Shown one piece after another: positions 47,135 to 57,491 of a DNA stretch of 64,000 bases. The position numbers and the translations under genes are program-made. Position 1 is the stretch's first letter. Each line of letters starts with the position of its first letter. Source of the DNA: an uncultured Pelagibacteraceae bacterium (GTDB taxonomy: Bacteria; Pseudomonadota; Alphaproteobacteria; Pelagibacterales; Pelagibacteraceae); assembly GCA_902517535.1 (NCBI GenBank), contig CABYCK010000001.1, forward strand, positions 21,317 through 85,316, given 5' to 3'. The notes beneath the pieces are model-generated. The model was not told where the DNA came from. It saw nothing but the letters and a program-made list of their open reading frames with translations, and made no database searches.

Positions 47135-47595
47135 TTTAAGATATAAATTGAAATATTTAGTATAAACGCATAGCTTGACCAAATTAAATATGGTAAAAAT
47201 AAATAAAAGCTAGTTTTGTTCTCTCTTAAATAAATTTTCATTAAAATAATTATAAATATTAAAATAATGAACAGATCTAATAATGCAAGTGTTATTGAAT
47301 GAAATCCAAAGAATATAACGCTCCAACTAGCGTTGAAAAAAATATGATAAAAGTAAATTTTTAAATATTTTTTATTAAAAGTTTTTATCCATATAGACCA
47401 CGCAGCGATAGACATACAAATATACAATGTAGTCCACACAGGGCCGAATACCCAACTAGGTGGATTAAAACTAGGCAGAATTATTTGTGAATACCAAGGT
47501 TCTTTAAAAGCAGATGTGATAAAACCACCAATAGCTGATGCTGTAAAAGTTATTATTAGTATTAAAACAAGAGATAAATATTTATTCTTTGTCAT
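47131..47595 (-). CDS. tspO: TspO/MBR tryptophan-rich sensory protein
   Basis: WY...P.FNPPSWVFGPVWTTLY and PYLIW..YA motifs. Confidence 0.9.
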   Translation of the reverse strand: MTKNKYLSLVLILIITFTASAIGGFITSAFKEPWYSQIILPSFNPPSWVFGPVWTTLYICMSIAAWSIWIKTFNKKYLKIYFYHIFFNASWSVIFFGFHSITLALLDLFIILIFIIILMKIYLRENKTSFYLFLPYLIWSSYAFILNISIYILN

Positions 47596-47616
47596 AAATT
47601 AATATATAACTAATAA

Positions 47617-48369
47617 ATGAATGAAAAGCAGAAAAAAATTTGGATCACGGGAGCCAGTAGTGGAATAGGTAAAGCCACAGCAGAAAAGTTTGCGTTGGAA
47701 GGATGGAAAGTTGCGGTATCAGCCAGGAGGAAAGAACTACTAGATGAAATGACTAAAAATAAAGATATATTTTCATTTCCTTTAGACGTAACTAATAAAG
47801 AACAAATTGAGAAGGTTTTCAAAAGTATTATTGACAAATTTGGTGACCTAGATATGTGTTTGTTTTCTAGCGGCACTTATAATCCTAAAGATGAACAAAG
47901 TATTGATACGGAGAAAATTAAAAGAGTCATAAATGTTAATTTTTTTGGGGTTATTGATTGTGTTAAAGTTGTAGAAGATTATTTTAAAAAAAGGAAATCT
48001 GGTCATATTTCAATAGTTTCTTCTATTGCAAGTTATAGGGGATTGCCAAATTCTAGTGGTTACGGGCCATCAAAGGCTGCACTGTCCAATTTTGCTGAAA
48101 GTATTTATTTTGATTTTAAAAAATTTGATGTGAAAGTTTCAATAGTTTCACCTGGATTTATTAAAACGCCATTGACAGATAAAAATAAGTTTCAAATGCC
48201 TTTTTTAAAATCACCCGAATTTGCTGCAAATAAAATATTTAAGGGATTAACAAAATCAAATTCTTTTGAAATTCATTTTCCTAAACAATTAACTTTGATA
48301 TTGAAAATCCTTAGGATTTTACCCTATAAAATTTATTTGTTTTTAATTAATAAGAGCGTTAAACGTTAA
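47617..48369 (+). CDS. Classical SDR oxidoreductase associated with the cfa/DUF3833 cluster
   Basis: WITGASSGIG, YGPSKAA, PGFIKTPLTDKN.F.MP motifs. Confidence 0.88.
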   Translation: MNEKQKKIWITGASSGIGKATAEKFALEGWKVAVSARRKELLDEMTKNKDIFSFPLDVTNKEQIEKVFKSIIDKFGDLDMCLFSSGTYNPKDEQSIDTEKIKRVINVNFFGVIDCVKVVEDYFKKRKSGHISIVSSIASYRGLPNSSGYGPSKAALSNFAESIYFDFKKFDVKVSIVSPGFIKTPLTDKNKFQMPFLKSPEFAANKIFKGLTKSNSFEIHFPKQLTLILKILRILPYKIYLFLINKSVKR

Positions 48370-48890
48370 TCTTTAATAAACATTACTGTTAATTCAGCGA
48401 CTTTAATTCCAAACTTTTTCATAGTAGCTCTATTAATTGCAACACGCTCATCTTGCATAAAAATCCAATCATCAAAGGTAATTTTAATATTTTTGCCTTT
48501 AACCGGAACTAATAGCACGTACTCAAATTTGAATGATGGCCCATAAGAAAATCCTTTGGCAGTTCCAACTACATCTGAGGCGGTACCTTCGTAATTATGA
48601 TCATCAATTTTTTTTATCTTCCATTGGCGAGTTTGTTTTTCTCCATCATTCCAATTAAATATCTCATCCAATATCAATTCAGACCCATTCCATTGTCCGG
48701 TCAAGTCTGCTTTAAATTGTCTCGTTACTTTTCCTGACCTGTTTTGTAAAACGCCCCATGCTTTAACATTACCTGATAAGTACTCCTCAATTATCAAACG
48801 AGGCTTTTGATTTTTAAAATCTATAGGTTTCATATTATTAGAACAACTAGTAAAAAAAATAACTAAAATTAAACTAAGTAATTTGTTCAT
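48366..48890 (-). CDS. DUF3833 family lipoprotein
   Basis: Lipobox FTSC; 'AWG', 'FDDWIF', 'KFG' motifs. Confidence 0.82.
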   Translation of the reverse strand: MNKLLSLILVIFFTSCSNNMKPIDFKNQKPRLIIEEYLSGNVKAWGVLQNRSGKVTRQFKADLTGQWNGSELILDEIFNWNDGEKQTRQWKIKKIDDHNYEGTASDVVGTAKGFSYGPSFKFEYVLLVPVKGKNIKITFDDWIFMQDERVAINRATMKKFGIKVAELTVMFIKD

Positions 48891-50077
48891 GAGGATTGTT
48901 TATTAGACAAAGAAAATTGAATCAAGTCTATATTTTTTGCCCTAAATCCCGCTTCACAATAAGTTAAGTAAAATTCCCACATTCTTTTAAAATATTCATC
49001 AAACCCTAAAGGTGAAATATTGCCCCAGGCTTCTAAAAAATTTTGTCTCCATATCGCAAGCGTTTTTGCATAATCATTTGAATAAGAGTTAATTTTTTCA
49101 ATTACTAATTTATTATTTTTTGTCAATTTTTTAATTTGCATTAAAGAAGGTAAAAAACCTCCAGGAAAAATATATTTTTGAATGAAATCTTCATTGTTTT
49201 TATACCTATCAAATAATTCATCTTTGATGATGATTCCTTGAATAGCCGCCTTACCATTTAATTTTAATGAATTTTTTATTTTTTTAAAGTACTCATTTAA
49301 ATGATCATCACCAACGGCCTCGATCATTTCTATGGAAGCTATTTTATTGTATTTATCATTTAAATCTCTGTAGTCTAAAAATTTCACATTAACTTTATTA
49401 TTTAAACCACTTTCAAATATTCTCTTTTTAGTATAATCAAATTGTTCTTTTGAAATTGTAATGCAATCAACTAGAACATTATAGTTTTTTGCTACATATT
49501 CTGAAAATCCTCCCCAACCACAACCGATTTCTAGAACTTTATCTTTCTCACTTATTTCAAGTAAATTTATTAGTTCTTGATATTTATTTTTTTGAGCAGT
49601 TTCTAAGTCATCATTTTTATTTTTATAAATCGCGCTTGAATATGTTAACGTTTTGTCTAGCCACAAACTAAAAAAATCATTTCCTAAATCGTAGTGTTTT
49701 GAAATATTTTTAATGCTTTTAGACTTAGTGTTAGAAAAAAACAATTTTTTTAAAAAATTTTTTATAGTTTGAATTTTTAGACTACCTGAAAATTTATAAA
49801 CCAAGCTAATATTTTTTGCTGCTATTTCTATGAGCTTTGTTAAATTTGAAGAATAAAAATCTTTGTTTATATGTGCCTCACCAAGAGCTGAACTTCCCCC
49901 TAAAATAATATTTAAAAAGAATTTAGGGTTATTTATTTGAATATCAGTTGAAAAAGAGTCTTCTAAATTGCCAAACTGATAAACTTTTCCATCATAATTA
50001 ATTAGTTTCAAATTACCATTTTGAATAAGTTTAAGTTTATTAATGATAATTTTTTCTGCTACTTTTGCTAAGCTCAT
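48887..50077 (-). CDS. Cyclopropane-fatty-acid synthase family SAM methyltransferase (UfaM-like)
   Basis: HYDLGNDFF, YSSA, LEIGCGWG, SIEMIEAVG, YIFPGG, YCEAGF motifs. Confidence 0.9.
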   Translation of the reverse strand: MSLAKVAEKIIINKLKLIQNGNLKLINYDGKVYQFGNLEDSFSTDIQINNPKFFLNIILGGSSALGEAHINKDFYSSNLTKLIEIAAKNISLVYKFSGSLKIQTIKNFLKKLFFSNTKSKSIKNISKHYDLGNDFFSLWLDKTLTYSSAIYKNKNDDLETAQKNKYQELINLLEISEKDKVLEIGCGWGGFSEYVAKNYNVLVDCITISKEQFDYTKKRIFESGLNNKVNVKFLDYRDLNDKYNKIASIEMIEAVGDDHLNEYFKKIKNSLKLNGKAAIQGIIIKDELFDRYKNNEDFIQKYIFPGGFLPSLMQIKKLTKNNKLVIEKINSYSNDYAKTLAIWRQNFLEAWGNISPLGFDEYFKRMWEFYLTYCEAGFRAKNIDLIQFSLSNKQSS

Positions 50078-50080
50078 AAT

Positions 50081-50833
50081 TTACTCATAACTAAAATTAT
50101 TTTTAATTTTTCGACTTCTTGATCTGTATATTGCCCCTTTTTTCCATAATAAAAATGCTTCAAAATGTATCGCTGTTATTATTTTAAAAGTCATTAAGGG
50201 ATATTTGAAAAAATTAACTAATAATTGTTTAAAATTAAATTCTTTTCTTTCGCCTTTTTGAATTGCTGTTAAAATTGTGCCTTTTTTATCTGTTTGTTTA
50301 ATTGATACAAATAATTTTTTTTTTGGGTTTTGTAATTTGAAATCATAAAAAGTTTTCATGTCCATAAAAGGAGATACATAAAATTTTTTTTTGCATCTTT
50401 GTTCTATTTTTTCAATATCATTTACTTTAAAAATATACGTATGTTGCTCATTGAAAGTATTTTTTACTTCATAGAAAATTGCTTTTAAAGAATTGTTTTT
50501 GTAACAATAAAAAATGCTTAAAGGATTAAATACATAACCAAAAATTCTTGGATAACAAAGTAATTTAATTTTGTTAATTTTCGAGTTAATCTTAAATTTT
50601 TTTAATTTATTTAATGCCCATTTTTTCAATGACTTGCTATTTCTATCTCCGTGATCTTTGTCATAAAAACTAAAAATATTAATCCTATTGTGAGAAAAAA
50701 TTGGATTTTTTTTATTTAAATTATTTAATTCATCTAAATCAATGAAAAGAGAGAATGTATTATATTTTAAAAAATGTTTTACTGGTTTAAATCTTTTGTG
50801 TGTAACAACACCATTGTAAATACATGTATTCAT
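50081..50833 (-). CDS. DUF1365 family protein
   Basis: H.RF.P..H, PRIFGYVFNPLS, EVKNTF.E.H, K.FYVSPF motifs. Confidence 0.9.
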   Translation of the reverse strand: MNTCIYNGVVTHKRFKPVKHFLKYNTFSLFIDLDELNNLNKKNPIFSHNRINIFSFYDKDHGDRNSKSLKKWALNKLKKFKINSKINKIKLLCYPRIFGYVFNPLSIFYCYKNNSLKAIFYEVKNTFNEQHTYIFKVNDIEKIEQRCKKKFYVSPFMDMKTFYDFKLQNPKKKLFVSIKQTDKKGTILTAIQKGERKEFNFKQLLVNFFKYPLMTFKIITAIHFEAFLLWKKGAIYRSRSRKIKNNFSYE

Positions 50834-52062
50834 TAATGATTTCTAAAAATTTTATATAAATTAATCGCTGATTTTAACCCATCCTCGTGAAAACCATAGC
50901 CAAAATAACTTCCACAATACCAGGTTCTCATCTTTCCTTGAATTAAATCTAAACTTTTTTGGTATTTCTTTGTTTCTAAATTGAAGTAAGGATGCTTAAA
51001 ATTAATCGATTTAATTACATTTTTTTTGTTTATCTCATTAATTGGATTTAATGTTAAAAAAAAATTTTCTTCACATCTAAGATTTTGTAATTTATTTAGC
51101 CAGTATGTTACACAAGTGTGATTTCCATTGGATATTGAATTCCAACTAGACCAAGCCAACTTTCGTTTAGGCATAAAACTATTGTCGGAATGTAAAATTG
51201 CTGTATTAGATACATATTTAAATTTTTCTAAGACTTTTTTTTCATCGTCTGTTGGTTTGTCAAGTAGTTTAAGACTTTGGTCAGCATGAGATGCTAGAAC
51301 AACGTGATCATAATTTAAATACTCATGACCAATAGTTATTTTTACATTGTCATTGCTTCGGCTCACTTTATTCACTTTGTAGTTTTTATATACCTCTCCG
51401 CTAATTTTTTTTATAACTTTTTTAACATAAGTTCTGCTTCGATTGCTTACTGTGTACCATTGAGGTCTATTTTTTAATTTAAATAATCCATGATTTATGA
51501 AAAAATTTAAGAAAAGGTCTAGAGGCATGTCTTTAGCTTTTTTAAACGGCATTGACCATATGGCTGCAACCATGGGAATTATATGATATTCAATAAAATA
51601 TTTAGAGAAGTTTGATTTTTCTAAATAACTTCCAAGTGTTTCGTTGTCTAAATTCATTTTGAGTAAAGAAGGTGCCATTTTGTAAAACGATATTATTTCT
51701 TTTATCATTTTTAAAAATTTATAATTGAAAATATTGAACTTATTTGCAAAAATTGCCCCTAGCCCGCTACCTCCATATTCCATATTGCTTCCTCTAAGGG
51801 AGACAGAAAAAGACATATTACTTTTTTCAAAAGGAACTTCTATTTCACTAAAAAAATTGATTAAATTAGGATAGGTTAGTTTATTAAATACAATAAATCC
51901 TAAATCTACAGGAATTGTTTTATTCCTATTTTTTATATCGAAGGTATAAGAATGACCTCCAAATTGATCTTCTTGCTCAAATAGATCTACCTTGAATTTT
52001 TTTGAGAGATAATAGGCTGCTGATAAACCTGAGATACCTGATCCAATAACTGCGATTTTCAT
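50833..52062 (-). CDS. FAD/NAD(P)-binding amine-oxidase-like protein of the cfa cluster
   Basis: GSGISG, GGH, VDLGFIVFN..TYP, AIWS, YGFHEDG motifs. Confidence 0.9.
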   Translation of the reverse strand: MKIAVIGSGISGLSAAYYLSKKFKVDLFEQEDQFGGHSYTFDIKNRNKTIPVDLGFIVFNKLTYPNLINFFSEIEVPFEKSNMSFSVSLRGSNMEYGGSGLGAIFANKFNIFNYKFLKMIKEIISFYKMAPSLLKMNLDNETLGSYLEKSNFSKYFIEYHIIPMVAAIWSMPFKKAKDMPLDLFLNFFINHGLFKLKNRPQWYTVSNRSRTYVKKVIKKISGEVYKNYKVNKVSRSNDNVKITIGHEYLNYDHVVLASHADQSLKLLDKPTDDEKKVLEKFKYVSNTAILHSDNSFMPKRKLAWSSWNSISNGNHTCVTYWLNKLQNLRCEENFFLTLNPINEINKKNVIKSINFKHPYFNLETKKYQKSLDLIQGKMRTWYCGSYFGYGFHEDGLKSAINLYKIFRNH

Positions 52063-52065
52063 CTT

Positions 52066-54933
52066 TTAAGCAGCTGCATCTTTGTATTCATCCATTGACG
52101 GACATGAACATACAAGGTTTCTATCTCCATAAACATTATCTACTCTAGCGACCGGCGCCCAGTATTTGTAGTCTTTTAAATGAATTTGTGGAAAAGCTGC
52201 TTCTTTTCTAGTGTACGAATGTTTCCAATTATCCTCTGATAATTCTAAATACGTATGAGGTGCATTTATTATAGGATTGTCCTCTTTTTTAAATTGACCA
52301 TTATCGATTTTGTCTATTTCATCTTTAATATTTAATAATGTATCACAAAATCTATCTATTTCTTCTAGATTTTCACTTTCGGTTGGTTCAATCATAATGG
52401 TTCCTGAAACTGGCCATGACATTGTTGGAGCATGATAGCCATAATCGATTAATCTTTTTGCTATATCTTCCTCTGAGATACCCGATTTTTCTTTTATATG
52501 TCTTAAATCAACAATACACTCGTGGGCAACATTGCCATTTTTTCCTGTATATAATATTTTAAATTTTTTTGATAATCTTTTTGCAATATAGTTTGCGTTT
52601 AAAATAGCTGTTTGAGATGCTAGCTTTAATCCTTTTGATCCCATCATCTTTATATACATCCATGATATAACTAAAATACTTGCGCTGCCCCACGGCGCAG
52701 CAGAAACTGGGCCAATACCTTTATCAGAGTTTAAACTATTGACGTATCTATGTGTTGGTAAGAATTCCTGTAAATGTTTTGCGCAAGCGATTGGCCCCAT
52801 ACCCGGACCTCCACCACCATGGGGAATACAAAATGTTTTATGTAGATTTATATGACATACATCTGGTCCAAATTTTCCTGGTTTTGCGATACCAACCAGT
52901 GCATTTAAATTTGCGCCATCCATATAAACTTGGCCGCCTTTGGAATGCACTATCTCACAGATTTCATTGATTTTCTCCTCAAAAACACCATGAGTTGAAG
53001 GATAAGTTACCATTAAAGCAGCGAGATCCTTTGAATATTTTTCTGATTTATTTTTTAAGTCTTGTATATCAATATTTCCATTTTCATCACAATTTATAAC
53101 AACAACTTTCATACCTGACATCTGAGCGCTTGCAGGATTGGTTCCGTGAGCAGAGCTCGGTATTAAACAAATATTCCTATTAGATTGTTTATTGTTTTTA
53201 TGAAATGCCCTTATTGTCATTAAGCCGGCATATTCTCCTTGCGCACCAGAATTCGGTTGCAAAGAGACTGCTGCAAATCCAGTAATTTCTTTAAGATCTT
53301 TTATTAAATCATTAAATAATATCTTATAACCTTTCATTTGATTTTCTGGAACAAAAGGATGAGGCAAAGAAAATTCTTTCCATGAAATAGGTATCATTTC
53401 TGCAGTAGAATTCAATTTCATTGTACATGAACCAAGTGCAATCATTGATCTATTTAAAGCAATGTCACTATCCTCTAATCTTTTTAAATATCTCATCATT
53501 TCTGTTTCCGAATGATATTTTTTAAAAACAGGATGAGTTAAATAATTTGATGTTCTTAATAAATTTTTAGGAAGATTATGAAGAATAACATCGCTTGTAT
53601 TCGTAACATCTTTATTAACTCCAAATATCTTTAAAAGCAAATTTACATGGTCGAGCCTTTTGGCTTCATCGAATGCAATAGATAAAGTTTCTTTATCTAC
53701 TTTTCTCAAATTTACTTTTTCGGATAACGCTTTATTAAATATTTCATCAGTTTTATTTTTTGTTTTTACAGTTACCGTATCAAAAAAATTATCAGTATAA
53801 AGTTCGAAACCATCTTTTTTTATATTATCTGCAAATAACTTTGCTAGTTTAGATGTCCTGTTTGCGATTTCAAGAATTCCTTCAGGTCCATGATAAATTG
53901 CGTATGCAGCCGAAACTATTGCGAGTAGAGCTTGTGCGGTACATATATTACTTGTTGCCTTATCCCTTCTGATATGTTGCTCTCGAGTTTGTAATGACAG
54001 CCTATAGGCTTTTTTACCAAATTTATCTACTGACACACCGATAATTCTTCCAGGCATTGATCTTTTAAATTCTTCCTTTGTAGCAAAAAAAGCTGCATGA
54101 GGCCCTCCATATCCCATTGGAACTCCAAATCTTTGAGCGTTTCCTACTGCAATATCCGCCCCAAGTTCAGCCGGAGTTTTAATTCTCGCTAAAGACAGAA
54201 GATCACAAACCACTATAGCTTTACCACCTTTTTTATGAATTAAGCTTATTGACTCGCTAGGATCTTTTATTTCTCCATAAGTATCTGGATAAGCTATCAC
54301 TCCACAAATAATTTCGTCTTTAATATTTTTGATATAATCTTCTTGGTTGCCAACTAAAAGTTCAAGACCAAAAGGTTCGGCTCTAGTTTTAATTAAATCT
54401 ATGGTTTGAGGATTGCATGCGTCAGAAACATAAATTTTTTTAGAATTATTTTTGTTTACTCTTTGTGCTAAACCGACTGCTTCAGCGGCAGCTGTAGCTT
54501 CATCTAGTAAAGAGGCGTTCGCAATGTCCATTCCAGTAAAATCAATTATCATTTGTTGAAAATTCAACAGCATTTCTAATCTTCCTTGAGCTACTTCGGG
54601 CTGATAAGGTGTATATGAAGTATACCATCCCGGGTTCTCTAATATATTTCTCAGGACAACGTGAGGGGTAAAACAATTATAATATCCCATCCCAATAAAA
54701 TTTCTAAACGGCTCGTTTTTTTGAGATATTAATTTTAATTTTTTTAAAGCCTCACTTTCAGATAAAGAATTATCAATTTTTAAGTCTTCTTTTAATAAAA
54801 TATTTTCAGGCACAGTATCTTTAATTAACTGTTCTAGGGAGTTGCTTCCTATATATTCTAATATTTTTTTTTGATCCTTCTTTGAAGGACCAATGTGTCT
54901 GTTTATAAATTCTTTTGTAGTATCGTCTATCAT
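52066..54933 (-). CDS. gcvP: Glycine dehydrogenase (decarboxylating), P protein
   Basis: YTPYQPE, TREQHIRR.KATSNICT, LGSCTMK, NLHKTF motifs. Confidence 0.97.
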   Translation of the reverse strand: MIDDTTKEFINRHIGPSKKDQKKILEYIGSNSLEQLIKDTVPENILLKEDLKIDNSLSESEALKKLKLISQKNEPFRNFIGMGYYNCFTPHVVLRNILENPGWYTSYTPYQPEVAQGRLEMLLNFQQMIIDFTGMDIANASLLDEATAAAEAVGLAQRVNKNNSKKIYVSDACNPQTIDLIKTRAEPFGLELLVGNQEDYIKNIKDEIICGVIAYPDTYGEIKDPSESISLIHKKGGKAIVVCDLLSLARIKTPAELGADIAVGNAQRFGVPMGYGGPHAAFFATKEEFKRSMPGRIIGVSVDKFGKKAYRLSLQTREQHIRRDKATSNICTAQALLAIVSAAYAIYHGPEGILEIANRTSKLAKLFADNIKKDGFELYTDNFFDTVTVKTKNKTDEIFNKALSEKVNLRKVDKETLSIAFDEAKRLDHVNLLLKIFGVNKDVTNTSDVILHNLPKNLLRTSNYLTHPVFKKYHSETEMMRYLKRLEDSDIALNRSMIALGSCTMKLNSTAEMIPISWKEFSLPHPFVPENQMKGYKILFNDLIKDLKEITGFAAVSLQPNSGAQGEYAGLMTIRAFHKNNKQSNRNICLIPSSAHGTNPASAQMSGMKVVVINCDENGNIDIQDLKNKSEKYSKDLAALMVTYPSTHGVFEEKINEICEIVHSKGGQVYMDGANLNALVGIAKPGKFGPDVCHINLHKTFCIPHGGGGPGMGPIACAKHLQEFLPTHRYVNSLNSDKGIGPVSAAPWGSASILVISWMYIKMMGSKGLKLASQTAILNANYIAKRLSKKFKILYTGKNGNVAHECIVDLRHIKEKSGISEEDIAKRLIDYGYHAPTMSWPVSGTIMIEPTESENLEEIDRFCDTLLNIKDEIDKIDNGQFKKEDNPIINAPHTYLELSEDNWKHSYTRKEAAFPQIHLKDYKYWAPVARVDNVYGDRNLVCSCPSMDEYKDAAA

Positions 54934-55314
54934 TTAATTAGGATTCTCCTTACAAAATTTTTCGTACTCATCTTTTGACATCAAAGAATTAATTTCTCCT
55001 TTATCTTTAATTTTTAATTTAAAAAACCAACTTGCTCCCTCTGGGTCTGCATTAATACTACTCGGATCATCTACTATAGTTTTGTTTCCTTCAGTAATTT
55101 CTCCAGAGATAGGTGAATAAACATCGCTAGCTGCTTTAGTTGACTCAACAACAGCTGCTTGACCTTCTTTTTCTACAGATTTACCTGCTTCTGGTACTTC
55201 TGCAAAAACTATATCTCCAAGCAATTCTGTAGCATGTTTAGTGATACCTACTGTAGCTATATCGCCTTCTAATAAAACCCACTCGTGTTTCTTAGAAAAT
55301 TTTTTTTCAGTCAT
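54934..55314 (-). CDS. gcvH: Glycine cleavage H protein
   Basis: HEW and [13 protein letters not shown] (lipoyl Lys) motifs. Confidence 0.96.
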   Translation of the reverse strand: MTEKKFSKKHEWVLLEGDIATVGITKHATELLGDIVFAEVPEAGKSVEKEGQAAVVESTKAASDVYSPISGEITEGNKTIVDDPSSINADPEGASWFFKLKIKDKGEINSLMSKDEYEKFCKENPN

Positions 55315-55326
55315 TTTTACCTCTTT

Positions 55327-56421
55327 TTATTTTACGTAACTTTTTTTATAAAATGGAAGCTCTGAAATTTTGCCTCCATATTTTTTTCCTCTTACTTCAA
55401 GTTTTATTAGCGTTCCGACTTTAGCATAATTTGAATTTACATATCCCATTGCAACTGGTGCATTTACACTTGGACCAAAAGTTCCACTTGTAACAAGGCC
55501 TATCTTATTGTCATCAGTTGAATAAATTTGCGTGTTTTCCCTAGCTATAACTTTACCCTCAGGCTTAATACCTACCCTAATTTTTTCACTGCCATTAGTT
55601 AATACGTTTTTAATCTTGTCCCACCCATTGAAACCACCAACTTCTTTCCTTTTTTTTGCGATTGCCCATTTTAAATTTGCCTCTACCGGATTGATTTTTT
55701 CATTTAAATCATGTCCGTATAAACAAAGACCTGCTTCTAGTCTTAATGTATCTCTAGCTCCTAAGCCTATTGGTTTGACCTCTTTTGAAATTAAAAATTT
55801 AATTAATTTTTCAACTTTTTTATTTGAGATAGAAATTTCAAAACCATCTTCTCCTGTGTAACCAGATCTTGTTATATATAATTTTTCATTATCATAATTA
55901 AAATTGCTCCCAGTCATAAATTTTAAACTGGAAACACCTGGTATAAGTTTATCTAATATTTCAACCGATTTAGGCCCTTGCAAGGCTATTAATGATAAAT
56001 CATTATTTAAAAGGTGCTTATGATTTTTTCCTAAAAATCGCAAGATTTGATTGATGTCATTTTCCTTACAAGCTGCGTTTAAAATTATACAAAATCCCTT
56101 TTCAGTCTTTGTAACAATCAAATCATCAATTATTCCTCCATCATTATTAAGTAAAAAAGAATATTTTGAATGATTAATTCTTAAAGATTTTAAATCCGCT
56201 GGAATAATTTTTTCTAAAGCTTCGGTCAATGTTTCGTCACCTTCTAAAAAAAATTGTCCCATATGAGAAACATCAAAAAATCCAGCATACGTTCTGGTTG
56301 AGATGTGCTCTTTTACAATCCCATCTTTGTACTGAATTGGCATTTCGTAACCTGCAAAAGGTACGAATTTAGCACCCAAATTTTTATGTATTTGATACAG
56401 TGCGGTTTTTTGTGTTTCCAT
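55327..56421 (-). CDS. gcvT: Glycine cleavage T protein (aminomethyltransferase)
   Basis: FDVSHMG, RSGYTGEDGFEI, GLGARDTLRLEAG motifs; start reassigned to ATG 56421, downstream of the riboswitch. Confidence 0.96.
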   Translation of the reverse strand: METQKTALYQIHKNLGAKFVPFAGYEMPIQYKDGIVKEHISTRTYAGFFDVSHMGQFFLEGDETLTEALEKIIPADLKSLRINHSKYSFLLNNDGGIIDDLIVTKTEKGFCIILNAACKENDINQILRFLGKNHKHLLNNDLSLIALQGPKSVEILDKLIPGVSSLKFMTGSNFNYDNEKLYITRSGYTGEDGFEISISNKKVEKLIKFLISKEVKPIGLGARDTLRLEAGLCLYGHDLNEKINPVEANLKWAIAKKRKEVGGFNGWDKIKNVLTNGSEKIRVGIKPEGKVIARENTQIYSTDDNKIGLVTSGTFGPSVNAPVAMGYVNSNYAKVGTLIKLEVRGKKYGGKISELPFYKKSYVK

Positions 56422-56424
56422 AAT

Positions 56425-56585
56425 AACTCTTTTCATCCCTATCTGTCTGTTTACCTGAGAGATTTAATCCTTCGGTGAGGCTTTAGCCTTCTTTCCAGAG
56501 TTATTACAGCAACGGTCCTTTTGCCTGAGAGTTTTTAGGGTATTTGCTCCTTCGGCGCTAAATTTATTAGTCTCTCCCGTTACAT
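56425..56585 (-). ncRNA. Tandem glycine riboswitch
   Basis: Minus strand: GGAGAGA...CGCCGAAGGAGCAA...AAACTCTCAGGCAAAAGGAC, then CTCTGGAAAG...CACCGAAGG...CTCTCAGGTAAACAGACAGA, upstream of gcvT. Confidence 0.95.
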
Positions 56586-56589
56586 TTTG

Positions 56590-56618
56590 ATTCTCTTCGA
56601 AATACAACTAAAAGTCAA
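56590..56618 (-). promoter_or_regulatory. Sigma70-type promoter for the gcv riboswitch leader
   Basis: TTGACT-N17-GAGAAT immediately upstream of aptamer 1. Confidence 0.55.
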
Positions 56619-56624
56619 ATGTAA

Positions 56625-57491
56625 TTAAGACACAATAGTCTTGTTTTTATCTAGACTTTTTATGATTATAGCAAAAATAATTATTGTTCCTCCGATAAAC
56701 ACACTTTGAGGTGGAATTTCATTTTGAAATAGCCAAACCCATAAAGGTGCAAAAAGAGTTTCTATAAGCATTAACAAGCCAACAGTTACTGACCTAGTGG
56801 TTCTTGTTCCAATAGTTATGCAAATAAAGCCAAAAGTAAGTTGCGGAACTCCTAAAAGAAAACCCATTAAGATATCGTTGTTACTAAAATTAAAACTTTC
56901 AACTTGAGTAATAGAGTATAAAATACTAAGGATAGAAGCGTACCAAATAGCTGGAACCAAGTCTAAATTAGGATTTTTTCTAACCACCATTACTAATATT
57001 GAAAAACTGATTGGAATTGTTAAAGCTACCAAGTTTCCAAATAAAGTTCCTGAAGATAACGAATCTCCAACCATTAAAGTTATTCCTGACATAGCCAAAA
57101 TAATTGAAACTAAACCTACTAATGAAATTTTTTCTTTCAAATAAAAGTAACCAAATATAGCTAAAAACATTGTTTGGGTACTTATTATGAAAACAACATT
57201 AGCTACATAAGTATTTAACATAGCAAATACAAAAGCGATAAAGCTAAAAGACATTACGAGTCCCCCTAAAATTCCAGGAAGGCCAGCTTTTGTAATTATT
57301 TTAAAGGCTTTTTTTTTATAAGTTAAAATTAAAAAAGAAGAAACACCTAAGAAAAAAAAGGAAGATCTTAAAAATAATATTTCCCAAGCGTTAGATGTAT
57401 CAAATGATCTTATTATTAAACCACCCCAACTTAGACAGAAACCACCAAATAATAAAAGCAAATAACCAGGTAATCTATAAAGAAACTGCAT
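56625..57491 (-). CDS. DMT/EamA family transporter
   Basis: ~10 TM in two EamA repeats; 'YLKEKI' and 'E...AP.WVW...E.P'. Confidence 0.88.
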   Translation of the reverse strand: MQFLYRLPGYLLLLFGGFCLSWGGLIIRSFDTSNAWEILFLRSSFFFLGVSSFLILTYKKKAFKIITKAGLPGILGGLVMSFSFIAFVFAMLNTYVANVVFIISTQTMFLAIFGYFYLKEKISLVGLVSIILAMSGITLMVGDSLSSGTLFGNLVALTIPISFSILVMVVRKNPNLDLVPAIWYASILSILYSITQVESFNFSNNDILMGFLLGVPQLTFGFICITIGTRTTRSVTVGLLMLIETLFAPLWVWLFQNEIPPQSVFIGGTIIIFAIIIKSLDKNKTIVS

